Positions 26,466-35,820 are shown, counted from the stretch's first letter. The stretch: 45,742 bases of DNA from an uncultured Candidatus Saccharibacteria bacterium (GCA_964460805.1 CAYWPU010000004.1:1-45742), one strand, 5' to 3'. Made by a program: numbers and translations. The notes: a model not told the origin generated them from the sequence alone.

Positions 26466-27050
26466 ATGAACATTAAAGTAAAAGTAATCATTGGCAGTAC
26501 GCGTGATGGCCGCTGGGGTGATAAAGCTGCCGCGTGGGTCGCAGCGGTACTGGGCAAGCAGAGCGGTGTGAGTGTGGAAGTGCTAGACTTGCGCGATTAT
26601 GCTATGCCGCTCTTTAATGAAGCTGTTAGTCCGTCTTATAAAACCGAGCCGTATAAAGACGAAGCGGTAGCGCGCTTTACTAAGAAGATCGCTGAGGGCG
26701 ATGCTTTTGTGATGGTTACGCCAGAGTATAATCACAGCACTTCCGGCGTGCTCAAGAACGCGCTGGATTGGGTGAGCCAGGAGTGGAACAATAAGCCGGT
26801 TGCATTCGTCAGCTACGGCAGTGTAGGTGGGGCCCGGGCAGTGGAACACTTGCGTCTCATTGCAATTGAGCTCCAGTTGGCGCCAATCCGGGAGGCGGTC
26901 CACATCAACGGCGAGCGCTATTTTCCTGTCCTCTTTGGCCAGGCCGATGCGGCCAAGCTCTTCGCCGAGCTCCAGCCGCAGGCAGAGCGGATGACTACGC
27001 AGTTACTCTGGTGGGCCAAGGCGCTCAAGCAGGCGCGGCAAGTAGATTGA
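26466..27050 (+). CDS. NAD(P)H-dependent FMN reductase family oxidoreductase
   Basis: VIIGSTRDGRWG and VTPEYNHSTSGVLKNALDW. Confidence 0.75.
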   Translation: MNIKVKVIIGSTRDGRWGDKAAAWVAAVLGKQSGVSVEVLDLRDYAMPLFNEAVSPSYKTEPYKDEAVARFTKKIAEGDAFVMVTPEYNHSTSGVLKNALDWVSQEWNNKPVAFVSYGSVGGARAVEHLRLIAIELQLAPIREAVHINGERYFPVLFGQADAAKLFAELQPQAERMTTQLLWWAKALKQARQVD

Positions 27051-27121
27051 TCAGGGCCTTGCTTCCGCTCTGGCTCAGCCTGTGCTATAATCGCTCTGTT
27101 ATCAATCAGTAACCAATTTGT

Positions 27122-27376
27122 ATGCCAAAAAGTAATTCTGCGTTCATGAAGCCGCTCGCGGTCAGCGAGGAGCTCGCGGCGGTGGTAGGCTCCGGCCCGA
27201 TGCCCCGCTCCGAGGTGGTGAGCAAGCTCTGGGAGTACATCAAGAAGAATAATCTTCAGGATCCTCAGAACAAGCGCAATATCAACGCCGACGAGGCGCT
27301 CAAGAAGGTCTTCGGCGGCAAGGGGACGGTGAATATGTTTGAGATGACCAAACTGGTCTCCAAGCACCTCTCTTAG
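27122..27376 (+). CDS. SWIB/MDM2 domain protein
   Basis: 84 aa. LAAVVGSGPMPRSEVVSKLWEYIKKNNLQDPQNKRNINADEALKKVFG is a typical SWIB pattern. Confidence 0.8.
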   Translation: MPKSNSAFMKPLAVSEELAAVVGSGPMPRSEVVSKLWEYIKKNNLQDPQNKRNINADEALKKVFGGKGTVNMFEMTKLVSKHLS

Positions 27377-27418
27377 TCTCTCGGTCTCTCGTTGTTTCTT
27401 GGTTTAATCTAGCTTATT

Positions 27419-27461
27419 GCCCGCTCCTTGCTTTTGGCGCAAGGGCGGGCTAAGCTGTTTT
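27419..27461 (+). terminator. hairpin terminator after the SWIB gene
   Basis: gcccgc-ccttgc pairs with gcaagg-gcgggc (one bulge). The T-run begins 6 nt later. Confidence 0.55.
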
Positions 27462-27541
27462 ACAGTCTAATTTGGTCTTGTTTTTTATTGTTTAAATTTG
27501 GTAAAAAGGCGCTAAACCGAGCGAGAAAGGAGGTTGTGCAG

Positions 27542-27748
27542 ATGTATCTGGTACCGGCAGATAAAGAGACCCGGCTTAAGCGGTGCCGTTGGTGGATCAG
27601 GTACTACCAGCAAGTTATCCGGCGGTGGCGGAAGCAGGATAACCCGCCTGTGCCGCCCCTGGTGCTCAAGCTCTTCCGGCAGAACCTAGCCGAGCTGGAG
27701 GCGGAAGAGCAGACGCTCCTGAACGGCAAAGTCAAAAAGTCCTGGTAA
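27542..27748 (+). CDS. hypothetical small basic protein (68 aa)
   Basis: AAAGGAGG lies 7 nt before ATG 27542. The ORF-track start at 27428 lies inside the terminator hairpin. Confidence 0.5.
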   Translation: MYLVPADKETRLKRCRWWIRYYQQVIRRWRKQDNPPVPPLVLKLFRQNLAELEAEEQTLLNGKVKKSW

Positions 27749-27788
27749 CCTCAGTTTATCTGGAGTGCCGGGGCTTTTTCTTATCCCC

Positions 27789-27818
27789 TTGACAAAAAAT
27801 AGGGCGTTATGGTAGGCT
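27789..27818 (+). promoter_or_regulatory. sigma70-type promoter TTGACA-18-TAGGCT
   Basis: TTGACA at 27789-27794. The -10 is weak. Confidence 0.4.
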
Positions 27819-27866
27819 TGGGACACACGAAGAGTGTTATTATAACTTTATAACTTTAGTCTAAAA

Positions 27867-28841
27867 ATGATGAAAAATAAGGCATTTATAGGGTTTTTGG
27901 CGATTTTTCTGCTCCTGGTAGCGGCTTATGTGGCCCTGCCTCTTGCCCGCGCGGCCGAGCTTGAGCCGGTGGATGCAGTAGAGCAAGTAGAGCAAACAGA
28001 AGGAGCGATTGTGGATAACGACGGCGATAGCGTTGCCGATGATATTGATAATTGTCCAAACTCATTTAATCCAGATCAATCTGATAGTAATGGCGATGGT
28101 GTGGGCGATGACTGTGATCTAGATAGCGATGGAGTTATTGATGATGCAGACAACTGTCCAGATACTTTCAATCCCGATCAGGATGATAGCAACGGCAATG
28201 GCGTGGGTGATGCCTGCGATGCGCCTGATGCTGATATGGATGGCGTAGCTGATGACGTTGATAATTGTCCGGTGGATTTTAATCCCGACCAGGACGTTAG
28301 CGCTTGTGACGACGATAGCGATACGGTGCCTAACTCTGTAGACAACTGCCCCGACACCTTCAATCCTGATCAGGATGATAATGATGGTAATGGCGTTGGT
28401 GATGCTTGTGAGGCACTAGATAGCGATGGCGATGGTATTGCTGACGATGTGGACAACTGTCCCGCCGAGTTTAATCCAGGGCAAGAGGCAAGTGCTTGTG
28501 ACTTTGACGGCGATGGCGTGCTAGATAGTTCTGATAGCGTGATTGATAATTGTCCTGAAATCTTCAACCCCGACCAGACTGACACTGACGGCAATGGCGT
28601 GGGTGATGCTTGCCAGATTGTAGAGGAGACCGAGGAAGAGACTGAAGATACTAATAACAACACCAGCAATACCACCAGCGGCGGTTCTCGCGGCGGTGGT
28701 GGCGGGCGCGCTGTGCCTCAGGGCCAGGTGCTTGGTGCCAGCATTGACTGGACGACCATCCTGCCGCTCTTGGAGAAGCTGGCGCAACTCTTTGCCGCCA
28801 ATCCGGCCTTTGCCGCTCAGTTCTGGGCGCTTGCGAACTAA
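27867..28841 (+). CDS. secreted thrombospondin type-3 repeat (Ca-binding) protein
   Basis: Signal-like N-terminus. Six DNCPxxFNP(D/G)Q modules, most followed by DxDGNGVGDAC. Gly-rich linker and a hydrophobic C-terminus. Confidence 0.8.
   Translation: MMKNKAFIGFLAIFLLLVAAYVALPLARAAELEPVDAVEQVEQTEGAIVDNDGDSVADDIDNCPNSFNPDQSDSNGDGVGDDCDLDSDGVIDDADNCPDTFNPDQDDSNGNGVGDACDAPDADMDGVADDVDNCPVDFNPDQDVSACDDDSDTVPNSVDNCPDTFNPDQDDNDGNGVGDACEALDSDGDGIADDVDNCPAEFNPGQEASACDFDGDGVLDSSDSVIDNCPEIFNPDQTDTDGNGVGDACQIVEETEEETEDTNNNTSNTTSGGSRGGGGGRAVPQGQVLGASIDWTTILPLLEKLAQLFAANPAFAAQFWALAN
28014..28620 (+). repeat. tandem TSP3 coding repeats (six units, diverged at the DNA level)
   Basis: Recurrent gacaactg(t/c)cc...ttcaa(t/c)cc(c/t)ga(t/c)cag...ggcgt(g/t)ggtgatgc. 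Confidence 0.75.
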
Positions 28842-28866
28842 GCCAAGATAGAGCAGAATCTAACGA

Positions 28867-29787
28867 ATGAATCGTTGCTCCAACTGGTTCCGGAAATATT
28901 TTATCCCCCACGAGGCTAACGAGCATCAGCCGCATTCCCTCCGCGAGGGCAGTGCGGTTGTTGTTTTGTTCCTGGTTGTCTTAATAGAAGTGGCAGTGAT
29001 CATCCCGTCTTTCTTTGTCTTGCCCAAGAGTGATTATCTGGCCGCAGTGCTCTCTGGCGCGCTGACTGATCTAACTAACGAGACTAGGGTAGAAGCTAGA
29101 CTGCCGGCTCTTGCAACCAATTCTCTGCTCACCCAGGCCGCTCAGCTTAAGGCCGAGGATATGGCGGCGCGGGGTTATTTTGCTCATTATGGGCCAAATG
29201 GCGAACTGCCTTGGAGTTGGCTCAACTTGGTGGGTTACCAGTTCAGTGCCGCGGGCGAGAACTTGGCCGTCAACTTCTTTGACTCTCAGGATGTGGTTAA
29301 GGCTTGGCTCCAATCCGAGACGCACAAGGCCAATCTCTTGCGCGATAACTTTAGCGAGATCGGCATTGGCGTGGCTTCCGGCCGTTACCAGGGACGCAAT
29401 AGTATCTACGTAGTGCAGTTCTTTGGTCGGCCTAGCGTCGGTCAGGACGGTAGCAGTAGTGGTAGCCAGGTGCTCTCAAGTGTGATCCCCGAGCCGCGTC
29501 TCCAGCAGGTGCTGGGCGCGGCGGTGGAGGTGGTGGATCTCAGCACTTGGGAGCGGCTCTCCATCAGGCTCCACACTCTCTCTGATGCTATTTATCTCAC
29601 TTTGCTCAGCTTATTGATCGTGGCTTTGTTGTTAAACTTTTTCGTCAAGATCAGGATCCAGCATCCGCACTTGCTGGTTAACGGCCTGATGCTTATCTTG
29701 CTCATCTCTATTGCTCTATTTGTGAACCAGCAACTCTTTGAGCGTCATCTCAAGACCAGTTATTTAGACACAATCAGCGCAAGATAA
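28867..29787 (+). CDS. CAP/SCP/PR-1-like (YkwD-type) domain protein with flanking TM segments
   Basis: AQLKAEDMAARGYFAHYGPNG...GENLAVNF...AWLQSETHKANLL...IGIGV. Confidence 0.7.
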   Translation: MNRCSNWFRKYFIPHEANEHQPHSLREGSAVVVLFLVVLIEVAVIIPSFFVLPKSDYLAAVLSGALTDLTNETRVEARLPALATNSLLTQAAQLKAEDMAARGYFAHYGPNGELPWSWLNLVGYQFSAAGENLAVNFFDSQDVVKAWLQSETHKANLLRDNFSEIGIGVASGRYQGRNSIYVVQFFGRPSVGQDGSSSGSQVLSSVIPEPRLQQVLGAAVEVVDLSTWERLSIRLHTLSDAIYLTLLSLLIVALLLNFFVKIRIQHPHLLVNGLMLILLISIALFVNQQLFERHLKTSYLDTISAR

Positions 29788-29804
29788 GCTATAATAGAGA
29801 CAGC

Positions 29805-30983
29805 ATGTCTCTGCGGGTTTTGATGTTTGGCTGGGAATTGCCGCCACACAATAGTGGTGGTTTGGGCACGGCCTGCGAGGGCTTGGGTACCGCTCTGGTG
29901 GAGGCCGGAGTGGAGACTCTTTTTGTCTTGCCCGAGCGCGTAGCGCTCGGGCGTTATGCTTTCCCCGTGATCTTTGCTGGCGAGCCGGTTGCTCGTGCTG
30001 TGGCGCTGGCTCAGTTATCTTATCTCCAGCCGCACAGTGCCTCAGCTCAGTATGGCTCTAGTCTCTTGGAGGAAGTGAAGCTCTATGCGGCTCGGGCGCG
30101 GGCGCTAGCGCAAGATCAAGATTTTGATATTATCCACGCCCACGACTGGCTGGCGATCCCGGCTGGCTTGGCCGCGCGCGCAGTGAGTGGCAAGCCGCTC
30201 ATCGTCCATGTCCACGCCACCGAGTTTGACCGCGGCGGTGGCAATGGGGTGAACGAGCAGGTCTATGAGATTGAGAAGCATGGCTTAGCGCAGGCCGATG
30301 GGATCATTGCTGTTTCGGAATGGACTAAACAGTTGCTGGTGAAGCATTATGATGTGAAGCCAGAGAAGGTGAAGGTGGTGCATAACGGCATCAATCTCGC
30401 GCATTACGGTGGCGCGCCCGCCGCGCTGGAGGCGCTCCGCGCGGCGGGCAAGAAGATCATTTTATTTGTTGGCCGGATTACTTTGCAGAAAGGTCCAGAC
30501 TACTTTGTGTGGACAGCCAAGCGTGTGCTGGAGCACGAGCCGGAGACCTACTTTGTGATGGTGGGCACTGGCGATATGTCTGGTCAAGTGATCCAACTGG
30601 CCGCCGCGCTTGGTATTGCTGATCGCTTCTTCTTTCCCGGTTTTCTCCGTGGCGGAGAACTAGAACGACTTTATCGTTCAGCTGATTTATATATTTTGCC
30701 TTCAGTTTCCGAGCCTTTTGGCATCACACCGCTTGAGTCGCTGGCTTGCGGCACACCAGTGATGGTCTCCAAGCAGTCGGGAGTTTCGGAAGTTCTCTCG
30801 CATGCGTTAAAAGTTGACTTTTGGGACGTGGACGAGATGACTAACCAGATTTTAGCCGTTTTGCGGCACGCTAGTCTGCGGCAGACGCTAGCTGATTACG
30901 GTCGGGAAGAGGTGAAAAGAGCAACCTGGACAGAAGCGGCGCGCAAGTGTCTCCAGGTTTATCACACCTTTGTGCCGGTTTAG
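29805..30983 (+). CDS. glycosyltransferase, archaeal-type glycogen synthase-like (GT4/GT5)
   Basis: N-terminal FGWELPPHNSGGLGTA. C-terminal E-x7-E (PSVSEPFGITPLESLACGTPV). Confidence 0.7.
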   Translation: MSLRVLMFGWELPPHNSGGLGTACEGLGTALVEAGVETLFVLPERVALGRYAFPVIFAGEPVARAVALAQLSYLQPHSASAQYGSSLLEEVKLYAARARALAQDQDFDIIHAHDWLAIPAGLAARAVSGKPLIVHVHATEFDRGGGNGVNEQVYEIEKHGLAQADGIIAVSEWTKQLLVKHYDVKPEKVKVVHNGINLAHYGGAPAALEALRAAGKKIILFVGRITLQKGPDYFVWTAKRVLEHEPETYFVMVGTGDMSGQVIQLAAALGIADRFFFPGFLRGGELERLYRSADLYILPSVSEPFGITPLESLACGTPVMVSKQSGVSEVLSHALKVDFWDVDEMTNQILAVLRHASLRQTLADYGREEVKRATWTEAARKCLQVYHTFVPV

Positions 30984-31009
30984 TTTCCTGTTTATGCTAA
31001 AATATTCGC

Positions 31010-32227
31010 ATGCCTTCGGTCTGCTTCTATTTTCAAGTACACCAGCCGCATCGGGTTAAAAAGTATCGCGTTTTCAATGTCGGTCATGATCCGCATTACT
31101 TTAATGACGAATCTGATGCCAAGACCAATAACGCCAAGATCATGCGCAAGGTGGCCGAGAAGAGCTACTTGCCAGCTAACGCTGTTTTGCAGGACTTGCT
31201 AGAGCGTTATCCGGACTTTAAAGTATCTTTTTCTATTTCCGGCGTTGCGTTGGAACAAATGGAACAGTATGCGCCGGAGGTGCTGGCGTCTTTCCAGAAT
31301 TTAGTGAAAACGGGTCGGGTGGAATTGCTCAGCGAGACTTATCATCACTCGCTGGCTTATCTCTATTCTCCGGCGGAGTTCCGGCGGCAAGTGCGTCTGC
31401 ATCGGCGCAAGATAATTGATTTATTTAACCAAGAGCCGCAGGTTTTCCGTCATACTGAGCTAATTTATAATAACGACCTGGCGCGCGAGGTCGCTGATCT
31501 TGGCTATCGGGGGATATTAGCTGAGGGCGCGGATCATATCCTGGGTTGGCGCAGTCCAAACTTTGTTTATCAACCGCTCGGCGGCAGGAAGATCGGCCTC
31601 TTGCTCAAGAATTATAAATTATCAGACGATATCGCTTTCCGCTTTTCTTCCCGCGAGTGGAGCGAGTGGCCGCTCACGGCGCCCAAGTTTGCCTCTTGGG
31701 TCTCGGCTCTCAATGGCGCGGGGGAAGTGGTTAACCTCTTTATGGATTATGAGACTTTTGGCGAGCACCAGTGGGCCGACACCGGCATCTTTGACTTCCT
31801 CCGTGCTCTCCCAGACGAACTGTATCGTCATCCAGACAATCGCTTTGTTACCGTTTCCGAGGCACTGGAGCGTCATCAGCCCGTGGGCGAGATTGACGCG
31901 CCGCATTACTATTCTTGGGCCGACACCGAGCGCGATCTCTCTGCTTGGCTCTCCAACTCCATGCAACAAGATGCCGCGCGCAAAGCTTACTCACTGGAGG
32001 ATCAAGTGCTGGCGACCAAGGATGAGAACCTGATAGAGAGCTGGCGGCGTTTGCTTACCTCTGATCATCTCTATTACATGTGTACCAAGTGGTGGCACGA
32101 TGGCGATGTGCATAAATATTTTAGTCCGCACGAGACGCCTTATGAGGCTTTCATAGCGTATATGAATGCGCTATCTGATCTAGAGTGGCGAGTGCAGGCA
32201 AAGAGCTTAAGCGCTAACCATGGCTAG
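31010..32227 (+). CDS. glycoside hydrolase family 57 protein (alpha-amylase/glucanotransferase-like)
   Basis: N-terminal CFYFQVHQPHR and YETFGEH, typical of GH57. ATG lies 6 nt after TGcTAAAAT. Confidence 0.75.
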   Translation: MPSVCFYFQVHQPHRVKKYRVFNVGHDPHYFNDESDAKTNNAKIMRKVAEKSYLPANAVLQDLLERYPDFKVSFSISGVALEQMEQYAPEVLASFQNLVKTGRVELLSETYHHSLAYLYSPAEFRRQVRLHRRKIIDLFNQEPQVFRHTELIYNNDLAREVADLGYRGILAEGADHILGWRSPNFVYQPLGGRKIGLLLKNYKLSDDIAFRFSSREWSEWPLTAPKFASWVSALNGAGEVVNLFMDYETFGEHQWADTGIFDFLRALPDELYRHPDNRFVTVSEALERHQPVGEIDAPHYYSWADTERDLSAWLSNSMQQDAARKAYSLEDQVLATKDENLIESWRRLLTSDHLYYMCTKWWHDGDVHKYFSPHETPYEAFIAYMNALSDLEWRVQAKSLSANHG

Positions 32228-34205
32228 ATCACTCACACTGGGCAATGGGCAGATGCTCGTCAACCTAGACGGCTCGGCACAGGTGCGCGATCTCTACTTT
32301 CCACACGTTGGCCTAGAGAATCAGCTTGGCGGCAAGCTGGTGCATCGGGTGGGTGTATTTGCTAATAACCAACTGGCGTGGACCAGCGATCCCGGCTGGC
32401 AGATTGATATCAACTACGAGGCAGAGTCTTTTGTTGGTCAGATCATCGCCAAGCACGAGCGCCTGGGAGTGCAGATTGTGTTTACTGATATTGTGTACAA
32501 CGAGAAAAATATTTTTGTACGCAAATTGGTGGTCAAGAATCTTGGTGAACAAGAGCGGGAGATCAAGATATTTTTTGGTCAGCAATTTGAGCCTTACGAG
32601 TCGCATACGGCACACACTGCCTATTTTGATCCTCAGCATCATGCAGTGATCCACTATCGCAACCAGCGCGCTTTCCTCATTGCCGGCCAGTTTGATGGAA
32701 GAGTTTTTGGCGACTATAGCACTGGTGTCTTTGCCGCCGAGGGCAAGGAGGGGACGCACGTGGATGCGCTAGACGGTGTGTTGTCTCAGAATCCCATAGA
32801 GCACGGCCAGGCTGATTCTGTACTCGGCTTCTCGGCTACTCTATCTGCCGGAGAGGAGAAGATTTTGTATTATTGGCTCACAGCCGGACTCTCTATCTCG
32901 GAGGCGCAATCTCTGCACGCTTATGTGCTGGAGAACGGTGCTGGTCACTTGGTGGCTACCACGCGCGACTTCTGGCACGCGTGGGTCACGAGGCAGAAGT
33001 GGAACTTCCACGGTCTCTCGCCGGAAGCGGTCAATTTATTTAATAAATCACTGTTCATCATCCGCGCCCATGCTGATGTGGACGGCGGGATTATTGCCTC
33101 ATCTGACGCCAGCATCTTGCAACAAGGCAAAGATACTTATAATTACGTCTGGCCGCGGGATGCTGCGCTCTCGGCACTCGCCATGGCGCGGGCGGGCGAC
33201 GTGAGTGTGGCAAGGCGCTTCTTCTCATTTTGCAGTGATGTCTTGGATGGCGGTGAGTACTTGATGCACAAGTATAGTCCGGATAAGTCTCTGGGTAGCT
33301 CTTGGCACCCCTGGTGGCGGGCGGGCAAGCCAGAGTTGCCCATCCAAGAGGACGAGACGGCGCTGGTGCTCATTGCCTTCTGGCGTTACTACGAGATCTC
33401 TAAAGATATTGAATTTGTAGAGCGAGTTTATAATACGCTCATCAAGCGCATCGCCGACTTTATGGTCCTCTACCGCGAGCAGGGCGGCTTGCCGCGCTCA
33501 AGCTATAATCTCTGGGAAGAGAAGTTTGGCGTGAGCACGTTTACGGCCAGTGCCGTTTACGGAGCACTGCAATCGGCCGCGCGTTTTGCAGATCTCTTGG
33601 GCAAGCAGAAGAGCGCGCGAGTCTATGAGAAGGCGGCAATGGAGGTGAGCGAGGCGATTATGCGCGAGCTCTACGATGCAGAGAGCGGTGTTTTTTATCA
33701 GCAACTGAGCCGCTCTGGCGATAGCGATAATCCCACCCGTGAGCGAGTCTTAGATGCTTCTAGTATCTACGGCGTTTTTGCTTTTGCTGTCTTGCCGCCG
33801 GATGATGAGCGCTTGCTCCGCGCGTTAGCAGCTACTCGCACAGCGCTCTCGGCACCCACTGCTGTGGGCGGGATTGCGCGCTACGAGGGGGACCGGTTCC
33901 ACCAAGCCAGCACTCGTGCGGCGGGCAATCCCTGGTTTGTGACTACTCTCTGGCTGGCTCAGCACCAGATTAAATTAGCCAAGAGCGAGGCAGATCTGGA
34001 AGTGGTGAAGGGGATCTTTAACTGGGTGGTGCGCTATGCCAGCCCTGCCGGGCTCTTGCCCGAGCAGATCAACCCGGAGGATGGCGCTCCGCTCTCGGTG
34101 CGGCCGCTGGTCTGGAGTCATGCGGAATATGTGAACACCGTGATCCAGTATCTAGATAAACTAGAAGAGCTGGGCGTGTGCCAGGCTTGCAATCCAGTCT
34201 ACTAA
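32220..34205 (+). CDS. glycoside hydrolase family 15 protein (glucoamylase/glucodextranase-like)
   Basis: LGNGQMLVNLD...DLYFPHVG, YNYVWPRDAA, LWEE and WLAQ. Overlaps GH57 by 8 nt. Confidence 0.8.
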   Translation: MARSLTLGNGQMLVNLDGSAQVRDLYFPHVGLENQLGGKLVHRVGVFANNQLAWTSDPGWQIDINYEAESFVGQIIAKHERLGVQIVFTDIVYNEKNIFVRKLVVKNLGEQEREIKIFFGQQFEPYESHTAHTAYFDPQHHAVIHYRNQRAFLIAGQFDGRVFGDYSTGVFAAEGKEGTHVDALDGVLSQNPIEHGQADSVLGFSATLSAGEEKILYYWLTAGLSISEAQSLHAYVLENGAGHLVATTRDFWHAWVTRQKWNFHGLSPEAVNLFNKSLFIIRAHADVDGGIIASSDASILQQGKDTYNYVWPRDAALSALAMARAGDVSVARRFFSFCSDVLDGGEYLMHKYSPDKSLGSSWHPWWRAGKPELPIQEDETALVLIAFWRYYEISKDIEFVERVYNTLIKRIADFMVLYREQGGLPRSSYNLWEEKFGVSTFTASAVYGALQSAARFADLLGKQKSARVYEKAAMEVSEAIMRELYDAESGVFYQQLSRSGDSDNPTRERVLDASSIYGVFAFAVLPPDDERLLRALAATRTALSAPTAVGGIARYEGDRFHQASTRAAGNPWFVTTLWLAQHQIKLAKSEADLEVVKGIFNWVVRYASPAGLLPEQINPEDGAPLSVRPLVWSHAEYVNTVIQYLDKLEELGVCQACNPVY

Positions 34206-34221
34206 TCGCTAGTCTACCCGC

Positions 34222-35436
34222 GTGGCTATCAATTTTAAGATTGAGCAGAAGCTAGCTGGTCAGCTTGGCCGGGCGGGGGTGATCAGCACGCCGCATGGCG
34301 AGATCCAGACGCCGGCGTTCATCGTGGTGGGGACCAAGGCGAGTGTGAAGGCGCTCACACCGGAGCAGGTAGCGGGCCTGGGCGCGCAGGCCGTGCTTGC
34401 CAATACTTACCATCTCTATCTCCAGCCGGGCGCAGAGCTGGTGGAGCAAGGCGGGGGATTGGGGAAGTTTATGAACTGGACTGGTCCCACTTTTACAGAT
34501 TCTGGCGGCTTCCAGGTGATGTCTCTTGGTGCGGGATTTGATTCTGGCTTAAATAAATTTGTTACCAAAAGCGAGTTAGAAAATTCTAATAATAATTCCA
34601 GAAATTTAGATTCCGGCGCTAAGCTTGCGCGAGTGGACGATGACGGCGTTACTTTTCGCTCTCATCTGGACGGCTCTGAGCATCGGTTTACTCCAGAGAG
34701 TTCCATGGAGATCCAGCACAAGTTAGCCGCGGATATTATTTTCGCTTTTGACGAGTGCACTTCGCCATTACACGATTATGAATATCAGAAGCAATCTTTA
34801 ACCAGGACGCATTCTTGGGCGGAGAGAAGTTTGAAGAGGTTTAATGAGTTAAATAAAAATAGCGCGCAGAGCCTGTGGGGCGTGGTGCAGGGCGGGAGCT
34901 GGCAGGACTTGCGCGAGACTAGTGCAAAGAAGATTGCTGAATTGAATTTTGAAGGCTTTGGCATCGGCGGCTCGTACACTAAAGAGGAAATCAGCCAGGT
35001 GCTGGCCTGGGTTAATAATATTTTGCCGGAAGAGAAACCCCGGCACTTGCTCGGCATCGGCGAGCCACTGGACTTCTTTGTGGGCATAGAGAACGGCGCA
35101 GACACTTTTGACTGCGTGGCGCCCGCGCGGATGGCGCGCAACGGCACGCTGCAGACTAAATTCGGCAGGATAAATATTTTAAACAGTAAGTATCAAACTG
35201 ATTTTTCTAAAATTGAAGAAGATTGCGAGTGTTACACTTGCAGTCCGCCAGCTGGCGGATTCACCAGGGCTTATCTTGCGCATTTGTTTAGAGCTAAAGA
35301 AATGTTGGGAGCCACACTCGCGACGATTCACAACCTCTATTTTTCGGTTAATTTGGTGAAAAAAATCAGACAGTCTATTTTAGACAATAATTTTGAAAAT
35401 TTTAGAGACGAATTTCTGCGCCAATATCAGGGCTAA
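34222..35436 (+). CDS. tgt: tRNA-guanine transglycosylase (queuine tRNA-ribosyltransferase)
   Basis: TPHGEIQTPAFIVVGT, ANTYHL, FTDSGGFQV and Zn site CECYTC...IHN. Confidence 0.9.
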   Translation: MAINFKIEQKLAGQLGRAGVISTPHGEIQTPAFIVVGTKASVKALTPEQVAGLGAQAVLANTYHLYLQPGAELVEQGGGLGKFMNWTGPTFTDSGGFQVMSLGAGFDSGLNKFVTKSELENSNNNSRNLDSGAKLARVDDDGVTFRSHLDGSEHRFTPESSMEIQHKLAADIIFAFDECTSPLHDYEYQKQSLTRTHSWAERSLKRFNELNKNSAQSLWGVVQGGSWQDLRETSAKKIAELNFEGFGIGGSYTKEEISQVLAWVNNILPEEKPRHLLGIGEPLDFFVGIENGADTFDCVAPARMARNGTLQTKFGRINILNSKYQTDFSKIEEDCECYTCSPPAGGFTRAYLAHLFRAKEMLGATLATIHNLYFSVNLVKKIRQSILDNNFENFRDEFLRQYQG

Positions 35437-35457
35437 TTAGAGCCATTTTATAGTCTA

Positions 35458-35487
35458 TTGACAAAAATATAGTGATGGGTGTATAAT
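35458..35487 (+). promoter_or_regulatory. consensus sigma70 promoter TTGACA-18-TATAAT
   Basis: TTGACA at 35458-35463 and TATAAT at 35482-35487. It shares gtgggtgtataatgg with the promoter at 42683. Confidence 0.65.
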
Positions 35488-35574
35488 GGAGAAGTCAGCA
35501 TATTCGTATGGATATGCAGGGCGCGTTCTGGGCCTATCAACCAGCACAAGATCTTTGAGAAAGGAGATAGTGCC

Positions 35575-35763
35575 ATGGTATGGACAATACTCTTCGGAGT
35601 GTGTTGTTTTGTGGGTATGGTTGGTTGTCTTGTTTTTGGCGGTACATTTCAGGATGAAAAGTACCGCACGTTCTCTCGTTGTGTCCTCGCGACAACTCTT
35701 ATCGCGGCAGCTGTCGCACTTTTGCTGAGTTGTCTCCATCGGGCAGAAATAATTGTCATTTAG
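35575..35763 (+). CDS. 62-aa two-TM small membrane protein
   Basis: AAAGGAG lies 8 nt before ATG 35575. Sequence is MVWTILFGVCCFVGMVGCLVFGG...LATTLIAAAVALLLSCL. Has its own promoter and terminator. Confidence 0.55.
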   Translation: MVWTILFGVCCFVGMVGCLVFGGTFQDEKYRTFSRCVLATTLIAAAVALLLSCLHRAEIIVI

Positions 35764-35785
35764 TCCAACATTGTGAGGGATCTTA

Positions 35786-35820
35786 AAGACCCGCCTACTA
35801 AGTAAGGCGGGTCTTTTTCT
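35786..35820 (+). terminator. rho-independent terminator
   Basis: aagacccgcc pairs with ggcgggtctt, followed by a T-run. Confidence 0.85.

Noticed and set aside
26918-27367. Long antisense ORFs, e.g. 26918-27367(-), 14805-15314(-), 5950-6366(-), 32313-32759(-), 35455-35823(-)
   Set aside because: Each lies opposite a well-supported gene or promoter-terminator unit. None has a start context or recognisable motifs. They are typical shadow ORFs in moderately GC-rich coding DNA.
27867-28841. TSP3 repeats as a diversity-generating retroelement target, or a VR/TR pair
   Set aside because: There is no reverse transcriptase anywhere in the window. There is also no near-identical template repeat with A-specific mismatches. 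The repeats are ordinary protein-domain repeats.
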